Shown: in pieces, positions 34,091-47,708 of the stretch
How the letters are laid out: every line of letters starts with the position of its first letter
How positions within the stretch are numbered: the first letter of the stretch is position 1
Assembly (NCBI GenBank): GCA_002269645.1
Contig: NIVC01000870.1
Coordinates: 246,330-310,329, forward strand
From: Macrostomum lignano
Lineage: Eukaryota
Length of the DNA: 64,000 nt
Direction of reading: 5' to 3'
Position numbers and translations under genes: made by a program
The notes under the pieces: model-generated
Told to the model about the DNA's origin: nothing
What the model saw: the letters and a program-made list of their open reading frames with translations, nothing else
Database searches by the model: none

Positions 34091-37000
34091 AGCTGCAGAT
34101 AGTGTCAGTGATACCGAATTGGCCAGGGGCAGTGCTAGTGCCATTATAATAGCAGGTGAAAGTCAGAAATATACAAGCAAGACCAGGATTCAAGAAACTA
34201 ACGACGCAAATTCCGAAACAAAAGATTATCTACAGTGCAGTCGTACTGTTCCCCGAATTCGTCTTCGACGCTGTTCATCGGGTAAGTGGAACAAAGTTTC
34301 TCCACATGTGACAGATTTAGGACTCAATATAAGCTTACGTGATGATGATAAACTCAGCGTCAATGATGATAGCATTTCAAAGGATAAGCAAAAATTGACG
34401 AGTGAATGTGCAAAGGAATCGTTAAAACAAAAGCGATCTCGTAGAGCTCGTTCTTCAAAAGCTGATATGATCCTACAACGATGCAAAGAAAATAAAGAGG
34501 GTGTAAATATTAGCCATTTTACTAGATCTAAGACGTGCTATGAAGAGTCAGTAGCATCTTTAAACATTAAGAGGCAAAAAGTGGAGATTTTAAACCGGTG
34601 CGCCGATGTTTTTACCCATCAGGTAGACTTGGATGCTTCAAATGAGATAAGAGAAAAATCTATGCATGGGTGTTTAAAGCAAAACGAAGTAAAAGTAACT
34701 CACTCAAAAGTTCAGTCAAAAGTTGAAGTGAATCTACAACCATCTAACTCTAAGCTTTCAGATCAAAAGGGTTCTACTTTTCTTCCAATAACGGAGTTGC
34801 AGATAGAGCGCGTACCTGGAGATGGCAATTGCTTTTTCCACGCCATCAGCAAATCTCTGCGCGGGACACCTTTAGCTCGAAGCAGCTCCCAGCTTCGAGA
34901 GTTTCTCGGAGAAGCTACTATTCCTTATCTGAGGGCTATGCAAAATGACGGTGTTTTTGATGAAGCCGGATTTAACGACATAGTTGCTACCACATTTTTG
35001 TCTGGAGAATACGTTCCCGATGAAGTTCCTCCCATTATTAGCAACTGCTTAAATGTAGACATGTACATCTACAATGCGGACGGAACTGTGCGAATGCAAC
35101 GTACAGTTAACCAGCCTGCTGCTGTGATTCGACTTCTGTTCCACAATGAGCATTATGACGCACTGTTTCTTAAAGCAAGGGAAAGTAACGGCATGCCTTT
35201 CACTGGGCAGTCTTGCTCAAGTAAGCAGAAGCTGTCGTTAAGAGTGGATACGACTCCTACTACTACATATACAATCGGTTTTAGAGACCACAAGGAAAGT
35301 AATTCTACATCAGAAACGGCGCAGAAACCTCGAAAACCATGCACGCGTCTTCTTCCAACAACATTGGACGACAAGTCTTCTCGACGCGCATCTTCAAGAA
35401 AAATGCCACAAGCAGTTATTAATAAATCCCCGAGCTGCAATTATGGGAATACAACTAAAGACGCTCTTGAAGATCAACAAAACGAAAATTTGCCTTCACA
35501 ATTTCAAGAAATACCTCCTCCGTTTTCAAAGTTGGACTGTGAAGGAGTTCAGAATGATTGCCTTTTTGACGAACTTGCTGTTCCTAAGTGCCTACAGCAG
35601 CCATTTAATGATTCGTTTTTGAAAATGAGAAATGCATTTTTCAAGGAGAGCTTACAATTTGTTTCAAACTTGAATATGTGTACCGTTTGTAAAGAGCGTT
35701 TCCCAGGCGTTTATTTTCGAAATGAATCGGATTTAAATTGTCAGCGTTGCGTGTCTGATAGAACCGAAAAATTTCAACCGAAAAAGTTTAGCGATACAAA
35801 CAATGTTAATCCATGCGAACAACCTGAAGTGCTGCGGGACTTAACTGTTGCAGAGCAGATGTTGATTTCACCTGTACTCAGCGTACTGACAATATTTCGA
35901 CTGTTTCCTCAAGGACAGTTGAGCTCTTGTGGTCATGGTATAATGTTTCCACAAGATCAGTCTGATGTTGTTAAAATGTTACCAAGAAGAAAGCTCCCAG
36001 TAGTCCTTTTATTTGAATCGCGTGAAGAGCAGCAGCAGATGGAGCTGGAAGATGCAAGTGTAAAGAAAAATCTGAATGCATTTACAAATAAACTTAGAGT
36101 TCGCCGTAAAAATGTGCTCGGTGCGATTAAATATTTAATGCAAAATAATAAGTATTTTAAGGAATATGCCGTTATGCTTGATGAGCAAGCTATTCAAGAC
36201 TTGCCGGAAAATGGCATAATGCCCGATCTGCCTGCTTTGTATGAATCTGAAATTCCAGGTACAGATCCAGCCTCTACTGAAAAAAATGATCGTCAGAAAA
36301 TTGGTGACGAAAATGCAGAATCCAAAAATACAGAGAGCTTCAGTGCTGTACTTATGGAAGCCCCACTGCGAGAGCTGGAGGACGAAGTTCGCAAGAAGCT
36401 TTTGGAAGAAAAGCTGCAATGGCCCAAGTCAAGCAGACATCCTGTAAATGAATTTCGGCAGGAGGGCTTATTTTCCCTTGCATTTCCTCACCTATTTCCT
36501 GATGGAAGTGGAGACTATCGCACCCCAAGGCTAAGGCATATCAGCTTAGGAGAATATGGATTACACTTAATGCGGTACCACTGCTCACGATTTCGATGTG
36601 ATCCGCGGTTTCGATTTTTTTTAGAAAACATGATCATGCGATGGCGAGCTTTAGAGCTAGGCCGCGTTTATGTCAGTCAGAAGGGTTGCGCTAATTTAAA
36701 TGCAGAGCAAATGAAAGAGCGCCTCAAGGATCCAGAGGTTCTTGCCAGTGTAAGTGCTCGAGGAATGCAATTGCGGGGAACAAAATCTTATTGGGAGCTG
36801 CAGAGGCGTCGTTTAGAGGCGATGATACAGACTATTGGTTTACCTCATTTATTCGTCACTCTGTCAGCAGCGGATGTGCACTGGCCGGAATTACGCGCAT
36901 TTTGGCAAGCCGAGCAATCTGAAGTTTCTCCGAACCTGCTTCAGAAACTATTAAAAGATCCAGGATTAGCCGACACAGTTTTCTGGAATCGCTTTGAAAT

Positions 37001-40000
37001 TTTTACTCGCCGCTTTTTTATTGAACATTGGAAGGTTACAGATTTCTGGTTTAGAGTCGAATACCAGAGCAGAGGCAGTCCACATATTCATGGTCTCGTA
37101 TGGTTGCCAGACGGTTTCGATGTCAGATCCGAACATGTTACTGAGGAACAGATGCGCGCCTTCGTTGATAAGTACACAACAAGCATTAACCCAGCAATGG
37201 ATGGATCTGCGAGCGGAAATAAAGTACTTAATCAAACAATTCCAATTGAAAAGCATCCTTCTCGTTTGCTTCCATCAGAAATAGAAAACAATAAAGCTGA
37301 TTTACAAGCGATTGCTCACCTAAGTCAACGCCACAGTCGGTGTAGCGAAAGGTGTTCCCGTACTCTACACGGCAAAGCTCAATGTCGATTTAAGTATCCA
37401 AGGCAAATACAGAAAGTATCTACAGTAAAACGAGTCTCACGACTGCATTGGGACGTTGAAACACAACGAAATGACGATCGAATGGGTGTATATAATCCCC
37501 AAGTTTTGTGCACCTGGCGTGCCAATGTAGACGTTCAGGTTGTTGTTTCACCAAAGTGTCTTGTCCGATACTTAATAAAGTATACAAGCAAAGGTGAAAT
37601 TCAATCACGGCATCTTGAAAAGTTAAGTAACAACGCTACATTAGAGGCAGAAAAAGAACAACAAGAAGGGAAACATGCAGTTGATAGACATAGTCGCACA
37701 GACCGAGCGCAGCGAATTGTTCAACAACAATTAATGAGTCAGGTTGGTAGCCGTGATTATAGTGCTCAAGAAGTCTGTCACCTTTTGCTTCAGACTCCAA
37801 TGTATCGTGCAACCAGGGACTTCGTTTTTGTTCAAACAGGATACAGTAGGATGATTTCAAAGCGAGGTACGTGCAGTAATAGCCTGGACAAGTATAGAAA
37901 TCGTTCTGTGATGTTCAATAAAATGACTATGTTTGAATTCTTCAGTAAGTTGAAGTTTGTCCGCAATCAAGTCGTGATGAGACCAAATGGAAGAGAAGCC
38001 ATTCTGATTATCAATCCGATTCTTCGAGCCAATGCTATCGAGTATGAAAGGCAGGAAGAATACTTTCGACAACAAACACTCCTGTATTCTGCGTGGCGCA
38101 CAGAGAAGGATGCAAAAGGCATTGCTTCCACGTGGCGCGAAGCATACAGCCAGCGACAGACTGAATCAGATAAATTTTGCCCACTCGCTGTTAAAAATTT
38201 GGCACAGCTTCAGAGAGACGAAGCTGATGCTATGCAACAGGAACAGGCAGATAGTGCACCAGATTTGGCAGCAGAGAACGCTGCTTCTGTTGCTGCGCCT
38301 TCACGGCCCGATAAAAGACAAGAAGAGTGGATGCAGATGCTAGCCTCTCGGCATGATGAAGCCATGCAAGATCCAAGAAGCCGAATGTTAAACAGATTTC
38401 CGCCAGTTCCAAAAAATTATGATTGGAGTGCGTCGAATGCTCAATTTCCTTGCTTAGTGGAGGTTAGCGAGTTACTAGAAAAACTGAAGTCAAAAACATC
38501 GGTGCATGAGGATGAAGCTGTCGTAAGCCTAAATCTTCTGAACGACAAGCAACGACAGGTGTATGATTTGGTGGCTGATCATATGCACCGTCTAGATAAG
38601 GAACGGCAAACTTCCTTCGAAAAAGCATCTTCCAAAGTGCAACCACTGCGTCTCATTATTTATGGCAGTGCTGGTAGTGGAAAAAGTTTCATCATCAGTG
38701 CATTGAAGCAGCTTTTAGGCAATAGATGCCGACTTTTCGCTCCAACTGGTGTTGCCGCTTACAATATTGGAGGCCAAACCCTTCACTCAGCTCTGCGAAT
38801 AACGACAGGAAGGAAAGGAAATTTGAGTCATGACGTTTCCCCTATTTCTGGACGCGCTTTAGCTAACCTTCAAAACGACTTTGCTCTGATCGACTACTTA
38901 ATTATGGATGAATTCAGTATGATCGGTCAACAGTTGCTCGCAATTGTAGATTCTCGATTAAGGATGGCTTTTCCACGTTACAAGGAGTGTACTTTCGGGG
39001 GGCGTTCCGTTATCCTTGTGGGTGATGTTTTTCAACTACCACCAGTTTTAGACTCTGCTTTGTATTCATCTGTTGTCGTCAACAGGAAAGCAACAAATTC
39101 TGGGCCTAAAGCAAGTGAATCGAAAAAGTTGGGAAGAATGTTATACTTGGAGTTCCGTACTGTTATTCATCTCGATCAATTAGTTCGTCAGGCAGAAGAT
39201 CAACGTTTTGCCGGGTTGCTGCAAGATATTCGTGAAGGAAATGCAAGTAAAGACACTTACAATATCCTTATGAGTAAAGAGTGTCGCGTTGCTGCGTCTG
39301 ATTTGATGCCTCCAGAGTTTATCGAAGGGTGTACTCACCTGTATTATACAAACAAGCAGGCCCTTGAAGAAAATTATCACAGATTAGCAGAGTTGTGCAC
39401 TAATTCGAGTCAGCCCGTATGCATCATTAACGCTTTATTCACGGGCTATTGCCCTAAGGAAAAACGTTCCGATTGTTACTCCGGACTTAGCGAAGAATTA
39501 CTTTTGGCTATTGGCTGTCGAGTAATGCTAACAAGAAACCTCTCAGTGAAGCATGGATTAGTAAATGGATCAACAGGTACTGTTCGAGGAATTTGCTTTA
39601 CGCCTGGGTCAAAACCACCCAGTTTACCATCTGTTGTTTGGGTTGAGTTCGACAGATACAGCGGTCCATCTCTGCAAGTTGCTAATTCATGTTTACAACA
39701 AGATGGTCGAAATCAAACATTGCATCTGGTTCCAATTCTACCTATTACTCTTTATCCGTTTTTGATGCTGATTCAATATCTAGCATAAAGCAACTGCCCC
39801 TAAAGCTAGCTTGGGCTATCACTGTGCACAAGTCTCAAGGGCTCACTTTGAATAAAGTGTTCGTAGACTTAGCTCCTTCTGGTTCTAAGAAAGAAGCTTC
39901 CGGATTGCTATATACTGCCTTAAGCCGTGTAAGACAGCTAGCTGACGTTCGTATAAATGCATGCGACTATGATCGGTTCTTAAAGTTATGTGGTCAAGAG

Positions 40001-40060
40001 TCGGTAAAACCTAAAGTGTTGGAGCAAAAGCGACTTCTTAGATTTCAGCCCCAACTGTAA
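33666..40060 (+). CDS. RepHel: OTU protease, Zn finger, HUH Rep and Pif1 helicase, with one frameshift near 39750
   Basis: OTU VPGDGNCFFHAIS...HNEHYDAL. Zn finger CTVC...CQRC. Rep motifs TLSAADVHW, RVEYQSRGSPHIHGL and YLIKYTSK. Pif1 GSAGSGKS, APTGVAA, DEFSMIG, GDVFQLPPV. The final motifs QLPLKLAWAITVHKSQG and YTALSRV are in the shifted frame (39689-40060). Confidence 0.93.
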
Positions 40061-40074
40061 AGTATTGCTGCCTG

Positions 40075-41360
40075 TATAGCTGCCTTCGTTGCCTATATCT
40101 ACTACCTGCCAATCTACTGGCTTGTGCCGATCTTTCTACTGTCCTCAGCTGCCGATCTTACTGGCCTACATGTATCTGCTGCTCTATTGTTTAATGCCTA
40201 GCTGTCAGCGTTGCCTATATCTATCTGCCAATCTACTGTCCTCAGCTGCCGATCTTACTGGCCTACATGTATCTGCTGCTCTATTGTTTAATGCCTAGCT
40301 GTCAGCGTTGCCTATATCTATTTGCCAATCTACTGTCCTCAGCTGCCGATCTTACTGGCCTACATGTATCTGCTGCTCTATTGTTTAATGCCTAGCTGTC
40401 AGCGTTGCCTATATCTATTTGCCAATCTACTGTCCTCAGCTGCCGATCTTACTGGCCTACATGTATCTGCTGCTCTATTGTTTAATGCCTAGCTGTCAGC
40501 GTTGCCTATATCTTCTGCCAATCTACTGTCCTCAGCTGCCGATCTTACTGGCCTACATGTATCTGCTGCTCTATTGTTTAATGCCTAGCTGTCAGCGTTG
40601 CCTATATCTATCTGCCAATCTACTGTCCTCAGCTGCCGATCTTACTGGCCTACATGTATCTGCTGCTCTATTGTTTAATGCCTAGCTGTCAGCGTTGCCT
40701 ATATCTATCTGCCAATCTACTGTCCTCAGCTGCCGATCTTACTGGCCTACATGTATCTGCTGCTCTATTGTTTAATGCCTAGCTGTCAGCGTTGCCTATA
40801 TCTATCTGCCAATCTACTGTCCTCAGCTGCCGATCTTACTGGCCTACATGTATCTGCTGCTCTATTGTTTAATGCCTAGCTGTCAGCGTTGCCTATATCT
40901 ATCTGCCAATCTACTGTCCTCAGCTGCCGATCTTACTGGCCTACATGTATCTGCTGCTCTATTGTTTAATGCCTAGCTGTCAGCGTTGCCTATATCTATT
41001 GCCAATCTACTGTCCTCAGCTGCCGATCTTACTGGCCTACATGTATCTGCTGCTCATGTTTTAATGCCTAGCTGTCTGCGTTGCCTATATCTATCTGCCA
41101 ATCTACTGTCCTCAGCTGCCGATCTTACTGGCCTACATGTATCTGCTGCTCTATTGTTTAATGCCTAGCTGTCAGCGTTGCCTATATCTATCTGCCAATC
41201 TACTGTCCTCAGCTGCCGATCTTACTGGCCTACATGTATCTGCTGCTCTATTGTTTAATGCTGCTGCGTTGCCTATATATCTATCTGCCAATCTACTGTC
41301 CTCAGCTGCCGATCTTACTGGCCTACATGTATCTGCTGCTCCATTGTTTAATGCCTATCA
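40075..41360 (+). repeat. 97-bp tandem repeat x about 13 in the Helentron 3' region
   Basis: Unit GCTGTCAGCGTTGCCTATATCTATCTGCCAATCTACTGTCCTCAGCTGCC...ATGCCTA. Confidence 0.95.
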
Positions 41361-41720
41361 GTCTGTACATGTACATGTAAAGCTGCCTTCGTCGCCTATC
41401 TACGGTTTTATTTGTTGGCTCTCGCTTTCCACCTCTCAGTCTTGCTACTTTCAACCAAATGTAGAGAACGAGTTTACCGGTGTAAGTTTTTTAGTTTCTT
41501 TGATAATATATACTTTCAAAATACGCATCGACTGTAGTGCTTGTTGCAAATTGTTATTTGTATCTAGCTTGCAAGATATTTTTTCTTTTATCAGTAAGTT
41601 TACCATACATTAATCAGCGTTAATAATGCTTTGGAAGTCTCTAAATAATCGATACAACACTAGGTATTATAAAATTCCAACCCAAAGCTCACTGGGGCGA
41701 AAAGACTTTGTCTTCATTAA

Positions 41721-42593
41721 CTAGTTTTATTCTAATCAAGCATCTAAGGTAAGAATGGACCTGCACATTATAGTAAACATATAGAAACATGAAAGCATGA
41801 AAATATTGTGTTTTCATGTTTAGTACTATATATAGATAGTTTAAAGTAAAGAAGGTATTGATACTGGTAAACAAGGCATACTTAAGGTGTCTAGGGCTAG
41901 TTTTATTCTAATCAAGCAGCTAAGGTAAGAATGGACCTGCACATTATAGTATACATATGGAAACATGAAAGCATGAAAATATTGTGTTTTCATGTTTAGT
42001 GCTATATATAGATAGTTTAAAGTAAATAAGGTATTGATACTGTAAACAAGGCATACTTAAGGTGTCTAGGGCTAGTTTTATTCTAATCAAGCAGCTAAGG
42101 TAAGAATGGACCTGCACATTATAGTATACATATAGAAACATGAAAGCATGAAAATATTGTGTTTTCATGTTTAGTACTATATATAGATAGTTTAAAGTAA
42201 AGAAGGTATTGATACTGGTAAACAAGGCATACTTAAGGTGTCTAGGGCTAGTTTTATTCTAATCAAGCAGCTAAGGTAAGAATGGACCTGCACATTATAG
42301 TAAACACATGGAAACATGAAAGCATGAAAATATTGTGTTTTCATGTTTAGTACTATATATAGATAGTTTAAAGTAAAGAAGGTATTGATACTGGTAAACA
42401 AGGCATACTTAAGGTGTCTAGGGCTAGTTTTATTCTAATCAAACAGCTAAGGTAAGAATGGACCTGCACATTATAGTAAACATATGGAAACATGAAAGCA
42501 TGAAAATATTGTGTTTTCATGTTTAGTACTATATATAGATAGTTTAAAGTAAAGAAGGTATTGATACTGGTAAACAAGGCATACTTAAGGTGT
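41721..42593 (+). repeat. 176-bp tandem repeat x5; its partial first unit is left of the Helentron at about 31330-31376
   Basis: CTAGTTTTATTC recurs at 41721, 41897, 42072, 42248 and 42424. The unit end ATTGATACTGGTAAACAAGGCATACTTAAGGTGT..AGGGCTAGTT also precedes 31377. Confidence 0.92.
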
Positions 42594-43372
42594 ATAATAT
42601 TTAATGATAGGCCTAAGCGTAGAAAAGGTAGACTTTTGGAAATATAGGAAAAGGGTAAAGTAAGTTTCATAAAATGGTATGCATGGCTTTCATTATATTT
42701 CATTATGTATATTATTATCTAATAACCTATTGAAATAGGTGTGATATGCCATTCAAGTCTAGAAAGAAAGCAATAATGAAAGAATAGTTTTATAAAAAGG
42801 TAATCAATTCATATTTATTTAGATTTTAGTACTAGGTTTGCTAAAAAGAACATTAAATAATTAAATAATTTTATTCAAATTGTTATTAGTGGCAATGTTT
42901 TGAGCTTTGAGATTTGACAAATAAATTTATATAGCTTAGCTATAAAGTACAGGAGAGTAATATCCCTCTTAGCCTAAGAGAGTAAATAAAGGCCTATACA
43001 AAGCATAACTTTTTTATAAATGTTAAAGTCTAAAGCTTAATATGTAACATGTTGGATGGATATATAATATAGTTGAAAGAAAAAATGATATATGCGTAAT
43101 GCCAAAGCTCATGTAAGACTTTGCTTTATACTTAATGTAATAGTAACAGACATAGATACCTACCGACAAACCATTTTTAGTTTTGGGAGGTTGAATGTAA
43201 AACTTAAAATATGTAAAACCTATATAAGGTAAAGGCAGATGCATTTTTCTTAGAACCGGTAATAACTAGTAACTAACTATTACTTTTTAATAAACATAAT
43301 TAGTACGACAAATAATTATGTTTATAAGACATTCAGATAGGTATGCTCCAGTCCTATCGGACAAATTACATG

Positions 43373-43634
43373 GAGCCTCTTCACGGCAATCGATTCCAGA
43401 ACCAGAATCGGTTCGGATTTCCAAGAAAAAAAGCAGTATAACTATTTAACTTTGTTGAATGTTCGAGTGCCCTAACAGCATCACTTTGCACAATTTTTCA
43501 CTTTCTTCTTGGCTATTGCCATTCAATAATCAAAGTATTAAAGCACTAATATCCCTCTAGTTATGGAGACAAAAAGTTAAACTTTACAAATTGGTTCTGG
43601 TTCTAGAACCAGAACAAGCAATATGAAGAGCCTC
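43373..43634. mobile_element. 262-bp MITE
   Basis: Termini GAGCCTCTTCA / TGAAGAGCCTC (10/11), subterminal AGAACCAGAA repeats, ATG on both flanks (possible 3-bp TSD). Confidence 0.5.
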
Positions 43635-43676
43635 ATGCTATTTTTTTGTTTGGGAAATTTTAAATCGAAAAATCTG

Positions 43677-44055
43677 GGGTCTCCCTAAAACACGCACCGC
43701 CCCGCCCCACAGCGCTACACGTTAAAACAAATGGGACTATAGCTAAAGACAGTTCAAAATATGTTTTATGTTAAGCTTCAAGCTTTTATTAAATTTAGTT
43801 TTTTTACTTTGAAATATTAAATTCGGTGTATAATAAGTTATATTAATAATAATATTAATAAAATAATAATAATATAATTTAATAATGCAAACGTGAATAT
43901 GAAAAATAATAATAAAATTTAAGGTAATAATTAAATTTAGTTATTCTGTTACTCTTACAACAAATAGTTTTCTTTGCAATCAAAATACTGCATTGACAAA
44001 AAATGTTATAATGTGTAGCGGTCGGGGCGGTGCGGTGCGTGTTTTAGGGAGACCC
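43677..44055. mobile_element. 379-bp Mutator-like MITE
   Basis: About 45-bp TIRs GGGTCTCCCTAAAACACGCACCGC..., 9-bp TSD AAAAATCTG (43668-43676, 44056-44064). Confidence 0.85.
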
Positions 44056-44139
44056 AAAAATCTGGCCCGGCCGGGGTTGGGCCTTAAAAAAGTCACACCC
44101 CACACAACCCCACTGCCACAAAAGTCGCCCCAACACTTT

Positions 44140-44190
44140 GGTCACTTCGTCAACCGAGTTGACGAAACGCCAGTTGACGAAATGACCATC
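44140..44190. mobile_element. Terminal remnant of a foldback element
   Basis: GGTCACTTCGTCAAC (44140-44154) is inverted against GTTGACGAA (44158-44166) and GTTGACGAAATGACC (44173-44187). No partner end found. Confidence 0.45.
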
Positions 44191-44963
44191 ACCCGTACTA
44201 GCTGACTGAGGATAGTGTGTCATTGTACTAGCAGAAATGCAGTACCATATGCCACAACTACGTCAAGTCAAACAGTTGTCTATGCTATTAGCATGTTTAA
44301 CAATAGGAAAAGAATTGATATTGCTAACATATTGTTTTCCTATTTTCTTAACTCCATGTGCCAGGATTTGGCAGTTTTGCTAATCTAGTCATGTTGCATC
44401 TTGCATGAATGCAAATAGCTGTTGTTAGTACTCTAGACTACATTAGATAGCCATGTGGCCTCGATATAATTGTGCACCGCATGAATAGCTAGCAAGAATG
44501 CCTGCATATACAATTTTGTTAGGGAAGTTAAGGCCTATAAAATATACCTAACTAGCTTATTATCACTCTTAGAAATTATTTTTTGAATTAGTTTTTTATT
44601 TGGAAATTTTTCATTTTTAGAATTTTGTTACTTTATTTATCTACTTGTTTGAAATGAAAATGTTATAATATGCAATGATAGAAAATAATAAAAATAAATC
44701 ACCAAGATCTTTCTAATACTACTTAGAAAAATATAATATTCAAATTGAATTATGTTAGAAGTTATTAGGGCTTCTAAGTTCTATTCAATTAAGAGAAACT
44801 AATTGGTACTCTTTGCTTTGCCTTTGAGTGTTTTATTTTCAATGAAGAAACTTGTAGCAGCCTATGAAATTTTTAATGCATAGCAATTAGATATAGTTAT
44901 ACTCATTGCTAAAACATATGGTATTTAATATCTAGCATATTCCCTTTAGCAACCCTTTACCAA

Positions 44964-45135
44964 CATGCTTGGGTGCAACCTAGGGATTCACCCGGCCATT
45001 TCTATGTGCAACACACATATGTAAGTCACTATTTGATAAAATAGTAGTCACGTGATTGCTCTCAGCCAATAGCAACTTACATGTATGTGTTGCCAATAAA
45101 AACAGCCAAGTGATTCCCAAGGTTGCGTATGTATG
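44964..45135. mobile_element. 172-bp MITE with 8-bp TSD, present only in copy B
   Basis: TSD TTTACCAA (44956-44963, 45136-45143). Imperfect TIRs CAT...GCAACCT.GGGA.TCAC..GGC. Copy A has the empty site TTTACCAATAAG at about 650. Confidence 0.8.
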
Positions 45136-45404
45136 TTTACCAATAAGCTTATCTCTATCAAAAAATGTATACAACACCAAATGCCAATCTTAGGCTACCC
45201 TTCTTGGTTTATAGGAATTAGAATTAGTGCATCTATATCTATGTTCTTAAACTTATTTTTAATGCTCTATTTCTAAAGCCTTAAAGAATCCTAAATCCTT
45301 AGTACTCAATCTAAGCTTATAATATGATTACTTAAGCACCCTCATTGTCTTTTGTTAAGATATACTATGTTGTCCTATCTTTAATTCCCTCCCTTATTTA
45401 TGAG

Positions 45405-45909
45405 TAGGGATTGCAATCCCGGGATTGGGCCCAAATCCTGGGATTTCCAGTCCTGGGATTTGGGGTTCCAAATCCTAGGACTAATTTTGTTATTATTTTT
45501 ATATAAAGTGTTGTAATATGAACATAATTGGGCCCACAACTAGGCCTAGTTTAATATACTGCGCTAATTTCTGTTAAATTTCCTCACGTTATGTGGCGTC
45601 TTTTTAAACCCTGTATTACAGATTTAAATGTGAAATTTATTCCTATATAAATTTTGATACATGATTAGCTTCTTTACTACTAATTAGTACTTTTATACTA
45701 CTTAAGTACATCATAAGATAATACTGTTTTTCATCTACAAAAAATCAGTATCTCTGTAACAAACTAAAATGGAATCAAAAATATTTTTAGCACATTTTTG
45801 CCTTAAAATTTCAACCCAGAAGCTTTAAAATCTGTATTTTTCTGATCCTGGGATTGAATCCTGGGATTGGCTAAATTTTGGGATTAAATCCCAAGATCCC
45901 AAGATTGCA
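45405..45909. mobile_element. Degenerate hAT-like MITE, present only in copy B
   Basis: Left end TAGGGATTGCAATCCCGGGATT with GGGATT/AATCCC subterminal repeats at both ends. Right TIR decayed. Copy A lacks it at about 8305. Confidence 0.55.
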
Positions 45910-47279
45910 AAAAACAAAGTTATTTGCCTACAACCCCTAATACTCTAGACTACCAACTTTAATTGCAAACAACTTAGTCCTTAATTTTATAATTCCTATT
46001 TATTTCTATTTTTTTTCCTTTTATATATGCATCACAATACCCATATTCAAGATTTCATCCAACATTCAAAATCATAATCCTACATCAAAGCAACCATTCA
46101 GTATTTGGATTATCAGCTTTTTAGTTCAAGTTTTAACCAAATTTTTGGTTGATTAAATTTAATTTTGAATATTCTTGATATCTATCCTATCTTTGCATAC
46201 ATATAGGTACATTTTGGACAACCCATTTGTAAGCTAAACTTTTCTAATTAGTTTTTGCTAGATACCACTGTGCATTGAAATTTTTTCTAAGCTTTTGCTA
46301 TATGCCATAGGTACCAATTTATATACAATTTTTTTATATATTAAAATTTTTTTTGCCATAATATACACATTCCTGAATATAGTCACCAAGTAAATCTAGT
46401 CTATTTGTATTTTTCATACTTTCTTTATAAGTACATCTTGCTATACAACCTTTACTAAGCAAAAGCTTATTGCTATCAAAGCCACTGTTTAAGTGTTACT
46501 ATGAAAAAGTAACTTCTAGTTAAATAACTTTTGGTTCCAAGGAAAATAATTTCTAGTACTTTCATTATTAGTCCTTTTAGTCCTTTTAAATTTTAAAGAA
46601 CTATCTATTAAAAAGTGCTTTAACATTTCTTAGTAGAAAACAAAAAATATATTGACTAAGAGTTAAACATATAGACTTATTAATTTTTTCTAAAATAAAA
46701 ATGTTATATAATATTTTTCATAATTATTGCATTTAAAATTTAAGTTAATTAGCAAAATATTATAAACAAGAAGTAGCAGCATGCTATAATAAAGGTTTTA
46801 ACAATGTAAAATAAAGTGCTTTAATTGATATATAAACATAGTTTTTTAGTTAATATTCTTGAAAAATTATTTTTATATATAACATTGTCAAGTCTCATTT
46901 AATAAATGGGATTTCTGATAATATTAGCAAAGCAAAATAATGTAATTTAGGAAAGTAACTGTCCTTACCTTTTAAGTAAATATTAAATGAATTGGCTATT
47001 ACTATTAATTAGCTAAGAGTTACTACAACTTGAAAGATCAAGTTTAGAGAAGATTTAGTATATTGGATTTGTCTCAATATAGCCATTATGACCTATTCAA
47101 AGTTTCAGATTACAATAGCCGTTAATAAATTGCTAAATTCCAGTTCTGAAGCAAGGATTCAAATTTTATTAGCTGGTGTAAAATATGGCTGCAAATTGTA
47201 CACATACACTGCAAAAGTGTTGGGTATCTGCAGAATTTAATAAATAACTGTGTATAAGTTACAAAAATGTTGCTGGTCG

Positions 47280-47600
47280 ACTAGCCTCTCAGATCCTCAG
47301 TTGCTAGGCCAGCTTCTCAGATCCTCAGTTGCTAGGCCAGCCTCTCAGATCCTCAGTTGCTGGGCCAGCTTCTCAGATCCTCAGTTGCTAGGCCAGCCTC
47401 TCAGATCCTCAGTTGCTAGGCCAGCTTCTCAGATCCTCAGTTGCTGGGCCAGTCTCTCAGATCCTCAGTTGCTGGGCCACCAGCCTCCCAGATCCTCAGT
47501 TGCTGGGCCACCAGCCTCCCATATCCTCAGTTGCTGAGCCAGCCTCCCAGATCCCCAGTTCCTGGGCCAACCTCTCAGATCCTCAGTTGCTGGGCCAGCC
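47280..47600 (+). repeat. 28-bp minisatellite upstream of BIR copy B (CCTCTCAGATCCTCAGTTGCTAGGCCAG variant)
   Basis: Seen directly. Confidence 0.93.
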
Positions 47601-47708
47601 ATCAGAGATAACTGGAATACACATCTACTTACCAAACACTTGCAGAAGGCATTCCCGATGGTAAAACGAGTTTCCAAGCTGTAAAGTGGGGCTCAGCCCA
47701 GCCTCGTT

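Larger units (their letters stand above)
31377..41724 (+). mobile_element. Helentron/Helitron2-type rolling-circle transposon, about 10.3 kb
   Basis: Asymmetric 11-bp subterminal inverted repeats CCCAGTGAGCT (31377-31387) and AGCTCACTGGG (41686-41696). A short 3' stem-loop AAGAC-TTT-GTCTT is followed by CTAG. Inserted in a T run. Encodes RepHel with the Helentron-type RGSPH motif. Confidence 0.85.

Noticed and set aside
33666-40060. RepHel as a virus or host Pif1 gene
   Set aside because: Bounded by Helentron subTIRs inside a split target repeat; no capsid or other viral genes.
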